In this document: piece after piece, positions 24,360 through 36,706 of the stretch
Numbering within the stretch: position 1 is the stretch's first letter
How the letters are laid out: each line of letters starts with the position of its first letter
Source: Octopus sinensis
Taxonomy: Eukaryota
Direction: 5' to 3'
DNA: 64,000 nucleotides
NCBI RefSeq assembly: GCF_006345805.1
Contig: NC_043014.1
Span: 7,750,001-7,814,000, forward strand
Made by a program: the position numbers and the translations under genes
The notes under the pieces: model-generated
Told to the model about the DNA's origin: nothing
The model's database searches: none
The model's input: only the letters and a program-made list of their open reading frames with translations

Positions 24360-24760
24360 TAGGCGCAGGAGTGGCTGTGTGGTAAGTAGCTTGCTAAGCA
24401 ACCACATGGTTCCGGGTTCAGTCCCACTGCGTGGCATCTTGGGCAAGTGTCTTCTGCTATAGCCCGGGGACCACCAAACCTTGTGAGTGGATTTGGTAGA
24501 CGGAAACTGAAAGAAGCCTGTCGTATATATGTATATATATAAGTGTGTGTGTGTCTGTGTTTGTCCCCCCTAGCATTGCTTGACAACCGATGCTGGTGTG
24601 TTTACGTCCCCGTAACTTAGCGGTTCGGCAAAAAGAGACCGATAGAATAAGTACTGGGCTTACAAAGAATAAGTCCCGGGGTCGATTTGCTCGACTAAAG
24701 GCGGTGCTCCAGCATGGCCGCAGTCAAATGACTGCAACAAGTAAAAGAGAAGAGTAAAGA
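24360..24760 (+). mobile_element. SINE family 1
   Basis: Full-length family-1 sequence. Confidence 0.88.
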
Positions 24761-25053
24761 GTATGTGGGAAAATACAGAGATTAAGAATATGGAATTGTT
24801 TTTTATCTCAAATTTTCTATGAAAAACTCCAAACTGACTGAAACTGTAACTAACAGCCAAATGCCTGGAGAACATTTGTGTCTGTGTGTGCGCGCACAAC
24901 GATTTCAATGACTTATACGAACAAACAGAAAGTACAGAAATATATGTTCTACATACCTGTTGTTATATATGTCAGCTTTCGTTTTCGCATCCACGAAGTT
25001 TTTGAGGATGACAGAAAAGTTATTTGATGCACCGACTAAAAGATTTGGGGGAT

Positions 25054-25200
25054 GGGACTAATGCAGTTTCACCCCCCCCCCCCTTCAGAAATGCATTTTT
25101 CTGAAAAAGTTTATTCTGACATATAAAACCTAGGAATCCAAATAAACTTTTTCAGAAAAATGCATTTTTCTAGGAGAGGTGCAAATCTGCATTAGCACCC
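25054..25200. mobile_element. Small hairpin MITE-like element
   Basis: Imperfect inverted arms GGGACTAATGCAG..GAAATGCATTTTTCTGAAAAAGTTTATT / AATAAACTTTTTCAGAAAAATGCATTT..CTGCATTAGCACCC. Confidence 0.65.
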
Positions 25201-25339
25201 CTGGAATTGCGATTAAGCAGTCGAAAAGTGTGACTGGTCTGTGAGGGGGACGTATAATTGGGCTGCCTATCGAAAAAATTTGTGGAGTAACAAACATTTA
25301 TTTCTCTCCGAGGAGATAAATAAATGTCTAGACAGATAT

Positions 25340-25987
25340 TGATTTAAATATTTCGACCGGATGCCTGGTCACCGAATCCATTCTTTTACATCTCCCCACA
25401 AACGCTCAATGTTTTGTGTGTCGGATGTACAAAGTTTTCAGAATGGTTTATCACGTAATGGTGGTAACCCAAACTGCTTAGATCTCTGTAGGCAGCCCAA
25501 GAATCGCTGTAAATAATTGGAGCCAGGTTTGATATGTTTTTGGATTAGAGGAACCAGTGTCGCTTTGTCACGCTTCTTATTAATAAGAGGCACAACAAAA
25601 CGCCGCTTACTGGTTCGCTCTATTCCACCAAACAACCAAACTTGGCTCAAAGTTCCACCCCTCCCGTATTTACGACGAACAATCAAAGTCTCATCAATTT
25701 CGACTTCGATTGATTCGCCGCCGATCGGTTCCTGATATTGAAGCCCCTTTTCCGTGACTTCGGAACAAAACGATCTCAACTCCACACGAGTTGCTGAACC
25801 CAATTCCAGGTTTTCCATCACTGTGTAATGCATACATGAAGCATGCAGAAATTCATTCACAAAGAGAATGAGTTTCCATGAAAGAATGCGTGCATTATGA
25901 AGAAAGGACCCATGAAAAGTCCCATATAGAATAGCTACTGACGCCGCTTTTTCGATTTAGCGACAGTGTAACTTTTTCAACATCGCC
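25340..25987 (-). pseudogene. Merlin (ISXO2/IS1595-like DDE) transposase fragment
   Basis: VEIDETLIVRRKYGRG..VWLFGGIERTSKRRF..RDKATLVPLIQKHIKPGS at 25438-25860, frameshifted before the next catalytic D. Probable GG-starting terminus at 25987. Confidence 0.8.
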
Positions 25988-26089
25988 AGACATGTTGGTC
26001 CTCTCTGTACACGCATTCGTTTCCACATCGAGGACATATCAAAGAAGTGGGAAAGACACCATGATTCAAAAGGAATTCTGTAGCTTTTC

Positions 26090-27400
26090 CGTCTTCCTCA
26101 ACAAAAGGAGCTTCCATTCTTAGATAGACTAATTAAAAAAATAAACCTAAAAACAGAAACGGACATATTTTACAAAACCACAGATGCCAAACAATATCTA
26201 CTTTTTGATTCATGCCACCCAAGACACACTAAAACAAACATCCCCTTCAACCTTACAAGAAGGATATGAACAATAGTGTCCGAACAAAATACCAGAAACT
26301 TTATACTGTACGAAATCAAAAACACCCTAATTGACAGACACTACCCATTTCAACTCATAGAGGATGGAATCAGACGTGCAACAGAAATCGACATAGAAAC
26401 CTTAAGAAAAGTTCAACACAGCAACACACCTTCCCCGAAAATGCTGCCGTACAACCCCAGAAACAAAGAAGCCTTCACCATCATCACCCAAAATTTAACA
26501 ATGCTACACAAAGACCCCAAGTTAAAGTAAATTTTACTCATACATAAAATCATTAAATAGTACAAACAACCAAAATCACAAAAAAAAAAAGATCCTCACA
26601 AAGGCAAAATTATTTTCTAAAATAACGGATGCAAAAGTAAAAAAAAAATGTGGTAGTCCAAATTGCAGAACATGCCCAAACTTTCTAGAAGGATCAGAAT
26701 TCCTCTTCAAAGAGGGACAAAAATTCAAAATCAAATCTAATTTTACTTGTGCTTCAGAAAACCTGATTTATGTCATAAGATCCTCGGGCTGCCACCAAAA
26801 CTACATAGGGTCTACTGGATTATCGCTCAGACGCAGATGCACTCTGTATCGCCAGCAGATTGCATTCCCAGAATACAGAATGATACCCTTTAGTGAACAT
26901 ATTGAGAAATGCGCAAAGCAACTACTACCACAATTTATAATCTTTCCATTCTATCAATGTGCCATTGGAACACCAACACAAGTTAGATTAAATAAGGAAA
27001 CCTTCATTGAAAAATATAAGCCAACACTTAACCATTTCTAACATTTTTAAATAAGGAAACTCACCTCATTGAAAAAAATATAAAGCAAAACCTAACCACT
27101 TGTAACATTCTATTCCTTCTAAACCAAATCATGTTAAATTAGTCATTCCCAACATGTTTGAGTATCTCAATCCCTGATTACCTTCCCCTGCCTGGAACTC
27201 CATATTTCACAACATAGCAAAGACATGACATGACATAGGTAAAGAAATTTGAGAAATTTGAAAAGAAAATACGAAACCGGTTATTTCTCTCAAAACTATG
27301 TTACTATATGCAAAATTTTATAACATTTTTCTAATATAACGATTTAAATATATTCTCTAACCATATAACACAAGCCTTCTGTAGTTTTTTCACTCTATTT
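26090..27400 (+). mobile_element. Penelope-like retroelement 1 (RT thumb + GIY-YIG remnant + 3' region)
   Basis: ELPFLD, TDIFYKTTDAKQYLLFDSCHPRHTKTNIPFNL, C..C..C and NLIYVIRSSGCHQNYIGSTG, ending KYKPTLN. Confidence 0.88.
27248..27294 (+). ncRNA. Minimal hammerhead with U3:A8 covariant core
   Basis: GAGAAAU-UUGAAAA-G(aaaaua)C-GAAAC-CG-GUU-AUUUCUC, with 7-bp stem I and palindromic AACCGGUU. Sense to and downstream of the Penelope ORF. Confidence 0.55.
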
Positions 27401-27406
27401 TATCTG

Positions 27407-27454
<48 letters not shown>

Positions 27455-27479
27455 CAGATATACACATATATATATGTGT

Positions 27480-28440
27480 GTGTATAAATGGATGAATGAA
27501 TTATCCATTGTTTACGGTTTACACTGAAAATTCAATAAACAGTTACCAGTGTAGCAAAATTCACGCAAGTAACAAGGATGTATTGACCTATTCAAAGGTA
27601 GAAACTCCAGGTTAATGTGCACTAATGTGTATAGTATAAGTAAATAAATGAAGTTGAACGCAGGCGTTATTCAGATTCTTTTACTTTCGACATATGTTTC
27701 GAAGACAACATTGGTCTTATTCCAAAGGAATAAATGGTGTAAAATGATGTAATCTTCTCATCAGGAAAGAAAGAAAACCTATCTCAACAACAAGACATTA
27801 TAACAATTTTGATGACTGCATAAATGATAAACAGAACGCTATTAAGTATTTTTTTAAAACCGTTAGTAGATTCGACGTCAAAGGCAGCCCTAGGAAGAGA
27901 ATGCGTAAAGAAATAGTAAGTAAAGAACAAATAAAGAGGGATATATTGGTTGAAAAAATGTTCAAAGGCTTGGAAGTAGATTTCTCTATTGAAGTAAAGT
28001 GCAAGGTGAACTAAATGTTCAAACTATACAGACTGGTATAAATCACTTATATGAGCTAAAGGTGTGTTTCTGCCAGTGCTTACATTTGTAAGATCGCTCT
28101 ATAAGTGTGTTAACAATGTGATTCTTAGAGAAAATGGAAGAGTTCAGAGTTGCAAATGTTACAAAATCCTTTGCCCTTGTCATAAGGGAAAGAGATGGAC
28201 AGGATAAACCAATCTAACTTAAAATCCTTATTGTTGTCATTAAGATACTAAACAAATTTACTTAACTCTGTGCTATTACGTTTACTGCTATCCCTAAATG
28301 AAGAATAATGACTGGAAATTTTCTTAGATAACTGGGAAGAGGAAGCGCCAATATAGAAATAGACATCGGTACCGCAAGAAGTTTTACGTTGATATATAGA
28401 ATTCTTAATCTTAGAGTTATTAGACGTAAATTTAATTCTT
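27480..28440 (-). mobile_element. Penelope-like retroelement 2, 5'-truncated (GIY-YIG remnant + HHR-bearing pLTR)
   Basis: KNSIYQ..TDVYFYIGASSSQLSKKISSHYSSF..RNSTELSKF..W..CNICNSE at ~28050-28430. The pLTR is homologous to 47300-47790. Confidence 0.82.
27684..27769 (-). ncRNA. Type I hammerhead ribozyme (family B, canonical)
   Basis: CUUUC-CUGAUGA-GAAGA..UCUUC-GAAAC-AUAU-GUC-GAAAG. All core nucleotides present, G10.1-C11.1 pair, extended stem II with an inner UUAUUCC/GGAAUAA hairpin. Confidence 0.9.
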
Positions 28441-28469
28441 GTCCTCAGAGACCAAAACTATGTTGTTAT

Positions 28470-28525
<56 letters not shown>

Positions 28526-28531
28526 TTGTTA

Positions 28532-28595
<64 letters not shown>
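28470..28595. repeat. (TAC)n(TAT)n microsatellite
   Basis: Direct reading. Confidence 0.95.
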
Positions 28596-28724
28596 CATGC
28601 GAAGGGCTGGTATTAACAAAGTTAATGTTGGAACTCTCAGTAAATGAAATTTATTTAGCAAACTGGTATTATAAAAAGATAACCCATGCTATTTATATAT
28701 ATTTATATATATGTATATATATAT

Positions 28725-28857
<133 letters not shown>

Positions 28858-29152
28858 TTTCACTAAATTTATCTACCTTCTGTGTTTCTAGCACATATTT
28901 CGCCTTTTAATGTACTGATATATGAATAATATATGGCCTGAGCTAGTTTCACCAGCGATAATAATTAATTTTATTTTATTGCAATTTGACTTGTTTACAT
29001 ATTTCTCGATAAATTTTGAGCGTTAGACAATATACCAGAAATCCCTAGTTTTGTCGGGACGTTCTGAGTCTGCGCAGTGATCTGATTAGTTAGAGAGAGC
29101 AAATCATTAGAAGCACATGCTTCTAGTGAGTTAGGATCTCAGAACAACAGGG

Positions 29153-29226
29153 CTCTTACCGATGAATTTTCCCTGAGCAAATAAATTATCTTTATTGCTG
29201 AAAAGAACGAAACTGCAGTCTAAGAG
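29153..29226 (+). ncRNA. Hammerhead motif, U4C variant (family A, copy 1)
   Basis: CUCUUA-CCGAUGA-..-GAAAC-UGCA-GUC-UAAGAG, with a perfect 6-bp stem I and palindromic stem III. Confidence 0.72.
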
Positions 29227-29550
29227 GAACCGAGTTAGTAAATGTTTTTATTTTCATTTCACTAAATTTATCTAGCTTCTGTGTTTCTAGCACATATTTC
29301 GCCTTTTAATGTACTGATATATGAATAATATATGGCCTGAGCTAGTTTCACCAGCGATAATAATTAATTTTATTTTATCGCAATTTGACTTGTTTACATA
29401 TTTCTCGATAAATTTTGAGCGTTAGACAATATACCAGAAATCCCTAGTTTTGTCGGGACGTTCTGAGTCTGCGCAGTGATCTGATTAGTTAGAGAGAGCA
29501 AATCATTAGAAGCACATGCTTCTAGTGAGTTAGATCTCAGAACAACAGGG

Positions 29551-29621
29551 CTCTTACCGATGAATTTTCCCTGAGCAATATTATCTTTATTGCTGAAAAG
29601 AACGAAACTGCAGTCTAAGAG
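29551..29621 (+). ncRNA. Hammerhead motif, U4C variant (family A, copy 2)
   Basis: Same as copy 1, with small deletions in the stem II loop. Confidence 0.72.
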
Positions 29622-29786
29622 GAACCGAGTTAGTAAATGTTTTTATTTTCATTTCACTAAATTTATCTAGCTTCTGTGTTTCTAGCACATATTTCGCCTT
29701 TTAATGTACTGATATATGAATAATATATGGCCTGAGCTAGTTTCACCAGCGATAATAATTAATTTTATTTTATCGCAATTTGACTT

Positions 29787-29849
<63 letters not shown>

Positions 29850-29853
<4 letters not shown>

Positions 29854-30218
29854 TAAGAGAGTGGTCACTATGTGGCTCACTCTAGCACTAGTAATCCAAA
29901 AGGTTTCAACCACAAAATACATGTTTCCCATGAAAGTCAGTGCGATTGTTAGCTCACACGAACAGGGCAAATAAAAAATAACAAAAATACAGATTATTTT
30001 GGGACAATTGTTTCGCTATTAATGAATTAAATGTAATTTTACTCACAAAAAACTCACTTGTAGCTCCTCAGCCAAAACTATCTGGATGAAATCCACTCAA
30101 TCACACGCCAGATTTTACCATAACGATAAATACACGTGTGGTTCAATTGATTACATCCGACGTTATAATTCAAATGCCCCTACCAACAGCGCGCCAAACT
30201 TCACGGAAACATTTATTA

Positions 30219-30230
<12 letters not shown>
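29850..30230 (-). mobile_element. ~380-bp HHR-bearing element (family C) between (TA)n tracts
   Basis: Unique sequence bounded by (TA)n at 29791-29845 and ~30225-30283; contains a canonical HHR. Confidence 0.6.
29996..30078 (-). ncRNA. Type I hammerhead ribozyme (family C, canonical)
   Basis: GUUUUGG-CUGAGGA-GCUA..UAGC-GAAAC-AAUU-GUC-CCAAAAU. Confidence 0.9.
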
Positions 30231-30271
<41 letters not shown>

Positions 30272-30319
30272 TATATATATATACACACCAATATACACAA
30301 TAATGTATATTTAATAACG

Positions 30320-30770
30320 AACCATGTAATTCACACCCTGGAAATTTTGTTTCTGTAAAATGTTGCGAGTAGGTAAAATTTCCGAGGCTTCCACCTCACC
30401 CTACCCAGTTTTTCGACTGCAAAAAGGGTTTTGTAGCATATTAGGATGTCACAGGAATCCATTCAACGGAAAAAAAATTCCAATGATTCCGAGACGGGAG
30501 TGGGGGGGGGGCGTTCCCCTCACCCACCCTCGCTCCTCTTTTCCGAAACAAAATAAAGGAATTGCAGCGTATTAGGAGGTCAGAGTGCTTAATTCCACGC
30601 CAAAAAATCTGTTTTTTCTTCTTTTCCATAGTGAAAATTCCGGGATGGGGGGGGGGGCTCCCACTTCGCTCCCATCCTTTCCGAAACAAAATAAGGATTT
30701 TGCAGCATATTAGGAGGTCAGGATACTTGACTCCGTGCAAAAGTCTTCGGGTCCCGCAATAAGAAGTGTT
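30320..30770. mobile_element. Inverted relative of the 22350-23229 element
   Basis: Shared repeats and terminus. Confidence 0.6.
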
Positions 30771-30853
30771 TTAATTATATCTAATCAAAATTTATTTCAT
30801 AAAAAAGTGTTCAATATTTCAAAGTAATGTTATTACATTTTTTTATGAATAAA

Positions 30854-31144
30854 CTAGCAGTATCGCCCGGCGTTGCTCGGGTTTTTAAGGGAAATTACTA
30901 TATAAGCATTTTTAGAGAGTTACTTCGCTTATATAATAGCAAAAAATGCATTAAAAATGTGAAAAAATGATGGTAAATTTTTTTTTAAATCGTAGACGCG
31001 CGCTAATACCCAGAAGGGCTCGATATGAATCACGACTATAAGATACCCGGTTTTAGTTAAACTGCACCGCAAAATGTGGGATTAGTTAGGAATCTAAATT
31101 GGAGGAGACAGACACTCACACAACTTCACTTTTATATATAAAGA
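30854..31144 (-). mobile_element. Non-autonomous Helitron-like element
   Basis: 5' TC, 3' hairpin plus CTAG, A^T site. Same subfamily as 49088-49470. Confidence 0.85.
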
Positions 31145-31679
31145 TTATCTGCAACAATTTTGGTTCCATTTAATGTCTTGTTAAAATTTAGGAGTTAAGT
31201 TTGTCCATATAGCATATAGGTATGGGTTCTATGATTTTCGGAGAATCATATAAAGGTTTCCTGCACCAAAATAAGTTCGGGAACTGCAATTTTACAGTAT
31301 CACTTTAGCAAGGTAAGGCACTATGTTAAAGAAGATGTTTGGTGGGTTTTCTTGCGATGTGTAAGTAATAACATAAACGAAATGAAACTTGCTCAAAGTC
31401 AAGATTAAAACGCTTCTCTGTAGAGAATATCTTTTGTTTAATGGCTCCCGAGCATGAAATATTGGTGCTTTTTAATTCACACAAATGGTCTAAATGTTCA
31501 GTCATATCTGTTTCTTTATTACCCACAAGGGGCTAAATATAGAGGGGACAAACATATGACTGAGCAAATGTTCAGTCATATCGTTGTGCGGTTAAGAAGT
31601 TAGCTTCGCGAGCACATGATTTCAAATCAGTCCCACAGGGCATCACCTCGGACAACTGTATTCTACAATATTCCCAGTG

Positions 31680-32030
31680 GAGACGAAATGGCCCGGTGGT
31701 TAGGGCAGCAGTCGTAGGATCGCAGTTTCGATTTCCAGACCGGTCGTTGCGAGTGCTTATTGAGCGAAAACACCTAAGGCTCCAGGGTGGGGTGGCGAAC
31801 CCTGCTGTACTCTTTCACCACCATTTCCTCTCACTCTTTCTTCCTGTTTTTGTTGTGCCTGTATTTCAAAAAGCCAGCCTTATCACACTCTGTGTAACGC
31901 TGAATCTCACTGAGGACTACGTTAAGGGTACACTTGTCTGTGGAGTATTCAGCCACGTGCACGTTAATTTCACGAGCGAGCTATTCCGTTGATCGGATCA
32001 ACTGGAACCCTCGTCGTCGTAACCGACTGA
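31680..32030 (+). mobile_element. SINE family 3
   Basis: Head GGAGACGAAATGGCCCGGTGG and family body. Confidence 0.75.
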
Positions 32031-32509
32031 GTGTCACGACAATATCCCCGAATTGACGGGTACCTTGTGAGTGAATTAAGTTGACTGAGACTTTGTGGAA
32101 GCCCGATGTAACTGTATGTGGAGTGTTGGCGATTTTTTCCTCCGTCTTCCTTTTCTCTTAGACTTTCCTCTGTCACCAGTTTCTGAAGAAGAGCTTTGCT
32201 CGAAACATAAACACCCTTTCTTTCCTTTCTTATTACAAAATGAAAAGCTTGGTACAAGACTAAAAACAAAGAAATTAGAGGAGGAGACACAGAGACCAAC
32301 AAACCATCACCCACCCCTCACACATATGTCCTACACCAAGGTAATTACAAGCGTCTCCAACACTAAAAACACCGCCAACATTACAAACACCTTAACAAAC
32401 GAAAACACATAGCAATCCAAACCAACATGAACAGTACTCCCAAAGCAATTACATGGCTATAGACACAAACAACAAAAACCTTAAAACATATTCAAAATAC
32501 ACAGACATA

Positions 32510-32897
32510 GGTGCAGGAGTGGTTGTGTGGTAAGTAGCTTGCTAACCAACCACATGGTTCTGGTTTCAGTCCCACTGCGTGGCATCTTGGGCAAGTGTCT
32601 TCTGCTATAGCCCCGGGCCGACCAATGCCTTGTGAGTGGATTTGGTAGACGGAAACTGAAAGAAGCCTGTCGTATATATGTATATATATGTGTGTGTGTG
32701 TGTACGTATGTCTGTGTTTGTCCCCCTAGCATTGCTTGACAACCGATGCTGGTGTATTTACGTCCCCGTCACTTGGCGGTTCCGCGAAAGAGACCGATAG
32801 AATAAGTACTGGGCTTACAAGTACTGGGGTCGATTTGCTCGACTAAAGGCGGTGCTCCAGCATGGCCGCAGTCAAATGACTGAAACAAGTAAAAGAG
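32510..32897 (+). mobile_element. SINE family 1
   Basis: Family-1 sequence. Confidence 0.88.
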
Positions 32898-33099
32898 AGT
32901 ATAGCTCTAAATGAATACATTGCACCCCCGCATAACACCCCGATTCACATAGAAATTATATAAACCACCCAGCAAACACACAACAAACTGAAAGCAAGAC
33001 ATCTCAAACGAATGGGGGATTTTTGTGGGGCCATAAACAAAATATTCTAAGAAATGCTTGTAGAGACATCCACAAATAACCTGTAGAACAAAATATCTG

Positions 33100-33105
33100 T
33101 TTCTC

Positions 33106-33185
<80 letters not shown>

Positions 33186-33465
33186 TTGCTTTATATTTGT
33201 ACAAGTTGGCTCCAAGTCTCACCCAGAGACCTCAAGAGGCAAAAGGTTGGAAGTTCGTATTGTTGTTATGCCTAGTGTGCCATATATTTGGTTTTGTATT
33301 TAGTGTTGTACTAGTGAATGCCTAAAAAAAAAAACGAAAGTTATGTTTGTTTTAAAACTTGAGGTTACATAGAAAGTATTTTGCGTAGGATATTATTATT
33401 ATTATCCTTATTATTATTATTAAGGCGGTGAACTGCCAGAGTCGTTAGCAGACTGGACGAAATAC

Positions 33466-33498
<33 letters not shown>

Positions 33499-33719
33499 TA
33501 TGTTTAACTTTTGCTTTATGTCTGTACAAGTTGGCTCCAAGTCTCACCCAGAGACCTCAAGAGACAACAGGTTGGAAGTTCTGTGCCATATATTTAGTTT
33601 TTTTTTTTTGGTGTTGTACTAGTGAATGTCTAATACATAAAAAAAATAATTAATAAATAAATAAATTTTAAAAAATAAAAAAATAAATAAAAAATAATAA
33701 TATAAATTTTTTTTTTTTA

Positions 33720-33781
<62 letters not shown>

Positions 33782-34006
33782 CAGTATTATTATTAAGGCG
33801 GTGAGCTGGCAGAATCGTTAGTATGCTGGACGAAATGCTGAGCGGTATTTCGCCCGTCGTTGCATTCCGAGTTCAAATTCCACTGATGATGACTTTACCT
33901 TTCATCCTTTCGAGGTCGATAAATTAAGTACCGGTTGAGTATTAGGGTCGATTTAACTCCTCCCCCAAAATTTCAGACCTTTCAGTAGAAAGGATTATTA
34001 TTATTA

Positions 34007-34092
<86 letters not shown>

Positions 34093-34300
34093 TATATTTT
34101 TTGAGTCGTTAGCAGACTGGACGAAATACTTATTATTTCGCCCGTTTTTATGTTCTGAGTTCAAATTCCGTCGACGTCGACTTAGCCTTTCATCCTTTCG
34201 AGGTTAATAAAATAAGTACCAGTTGAACACTGGGGTCATTGTTATCGACTCATCCATTCTCCCAAAATTGCTCCCCTTGTGGCAAAATTTGAAACTATTG
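33100..34300. repeat. (TAT)n-rich block with a ~150-bp duplication (33180-33330 / 33500-33640) and degenerate SINE-2 copies
   Basis: GTACAAGTTGGCTCCAAGTCTCACCCAGAGACCTCAAGAG occurs twice; SINE-2 cores at ~33800 and ~34100. Confidence 0.75.
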
Positions 34301-34544
34301 TTATTATTGTTGTTGTTGTTGTTGTTGCTGTTACTGTTGGTTTCAATGAAACCTAATATTTTCCCCATGCATGCGAGTTTCATCTCTCCACATCATCGAT
34401 AGAGTCCAAGGAGAATAAAAGCGTAAAATACAGCTGGACAAGTATTGTAGCAATTCTTGCTGTCAGAAGGAAATGAGCCGGAACGGATATCGCAAAACAT
34501 CGCAACCGACGCTTCAATAATTTTCCAATCCGCTGCCCTGGATT

Positions 34545-35050
34545 GGTATTATATCCATCAGCCCTGAAATACCGAAGGACAAGTTGACCTCAGCATAATT
34601 TGAACTAAGAACTCAGGGAACCGGAACAAATACTTATTTCTTTATTACCCACAAGGGGCTAAACACAGAGACGACAAACAAGAACAGACATAGGTACTGA
34701 GTCGATTACATCGACACCAGTGCGTAACTGGTACTTAATTTATCGATCCCGAAAGGATGAAAGGCAAAGTCGACCTCGGCGGAATTTGAACTCAGAACGT
34801 AACGGCAGACGAAATACCTATTTCTTTACTACCCACAAGGGGCTAAACACAGAGACGACAAACAAGGACAGACATAAGTATTGAGTCGATTACATCGACC
34901 CCAGTGCGTAACTGGTACTTAATTTATCGATCCCGAAAGGATGAAAGGCAAAGTCGACCTCGGCGGAATTTGAACTCAGAACGTAACGGCAGACGAAATA
35001 CGGCTACGTAATTCTCCCGGCGTGCTAACGTTTCTGCCAGCTCGCCGCCT
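34545..35050 (-). mobile_element. SINE family 2 multimer
   Basis: Tandem ~185-bp bodies with a single head at ~35050. Confidence 0.85.
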
Positions 35051-35544
35051 TTTAGATATGTATGTATACATGCACGCGCACGTGTGTGTGGTGAGAAATC
35101 AGAGGGTGTTCATTGTTAAATCATACAGACTGGATTTTTCTCTGACTAAATTTAACTGCCATATGACCAGGTGAAGTGATGTGAACATAGATTCTGATGA
35201 ATTAAGAAATAACCGGCTAATCTTTACACTCTTTCCTCGTTCTATTTGATGACGGTGTTTTCACAGGAAAAATATTCAAATATTGTATAATTGGGTTACA
35301 TTACCTTTGTCTATGAATTTTGATGGCCTAGTTTAGCCTCGCCCTGTCTAGCCTAGCCCGGACTAACTTGAGTATAGCCCAGTTTAGCTTGCATAAGTTA
35401 TAGGATTTTTTTAAAGATCTTACCTCACCACCACTATTATATCGTTGTTTATCGCCTGGCTTGATCCCAGCATTATAAATTTATAATCAAAGGCATCCAT
35501 GCCGAGTGCATGTCAATCTTTATTCGGACATACTATTCATCGAT

Positions 35545-35800
35545 GCGGAGGCGCAATGGCCCAGTGGTTAGGGCGGCGTATTCGCAGTCGGAGGATCGCG
35601 GTTTCGATTCTCAGACCGGGCGTTGTGTGTGTTTATTGAGCGAAACACCTAAACTTCCACGAGGCTCCAACAAGGGGTGGTGGCGACCCTTGTTGTACTC
35701 TTTCGCCACAACTTTCTCTCACTCTTTCTTCCTGTTTTTTTTTCTCAGTAACGCTGTGATAGAAACCGGGAAACCAGGCCCATGAGCCTGGCTAAGCTTG
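35545..35800 (+). mobile_element. SINE family 3
   Basis: GGAGGCGCAATGGCCCAGTGGTTAGGG head. Confidence 0.8.
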
Positions 35801-35894
35801 AAAAGAGCGTATAAAAAAATAAATAAAACTATTCATCGATGCAGCGAAATAGTAGATTCATTAGTGTGTCGAATAGTGTCTTACAGTATTTGGC

Positions 35895-36427
35895 AGACAA
35901 GTTAGCACGCCGGGCGATGTGCTTAACGGTATTTCGTCTGCTGTTACGTTCTGAGTTCAAATTCCGCTGAGGTCGACTTTGCCTTTCATCCTTTCGGGGT
36001 CGATAAATTAAGCACCAGTTACGCACTGGGGCCGATGTAATCGACTTAATCCGTTTGTCTGTCCTTGTTTGTCCCCTCTGTGTTTAGCCCCTTGTGGGTA
36101 ATAAAGAAATAGGTATTTCGTCTGCCGTTACGTTCTGGGTTCAAATTCCCCCGAGGTCGACTTTGCCTTTCATCCTTTCGGGGTCGATAAATTAAGCACC
36201 AGTTACGCACTGGGGCCGATGTAATCGACTTAATCCGTTTGTCTGTCCTTGTTTGTCCTCTCTGTGTTTAGCCCCTTGTGGGTAGTAAAGAAATAGGTAT
36301 TTCGTCTGCCGTTACGTTCTGGGTTCAAATTCCCCCGAGGTCGACTTTGCCTTTCATCCTTTCGGGGTCGATAAATTAAGTACCAGTTATGCACTGGGGC
36401 CGATGTAATCGACTTAATCCGTTTGTC
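35895..36427 (+). mobile_element. SINE family 2 trimer
   Basis: ~182-bp body repeated three times, joined AAGAAATA|GGTATTTCG. Confidence 0.88.
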
Positions 36428-36706
36428 AACTTAACTCTAACCCTAAATTTTAGCCTTTCGTTTTTTTTTCTTAATTAAATTAATTTAAGGATAACAATTA
36501 AAAAAAAACGAAAGCAATGGAAAATAATTTTAATTTAACAATTAAGAAAAAAAAAACCAAAGGCTAAAACGAAAACAAAAACTCAAAACAAAAACAAAAC
36601 GAATAATTTTAGACACACGCGTAACAATTAAATTAATCTTACAATTAAGAAAAAAAAACGAAAGGCTAAAATTTAGGGTTAGGGTTAGGGTTAGAGTTAG
36701 GGTTAG
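36428..36706. mobile_element. Fold-back element with (CCCTAA)/(TTAGGG) ends
   Basis: ~40-bp perfect inverted arms CTAACCCTAAATTTTAGCCTTTCGTTTT..CTTAATT. Confidence 0.7.
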
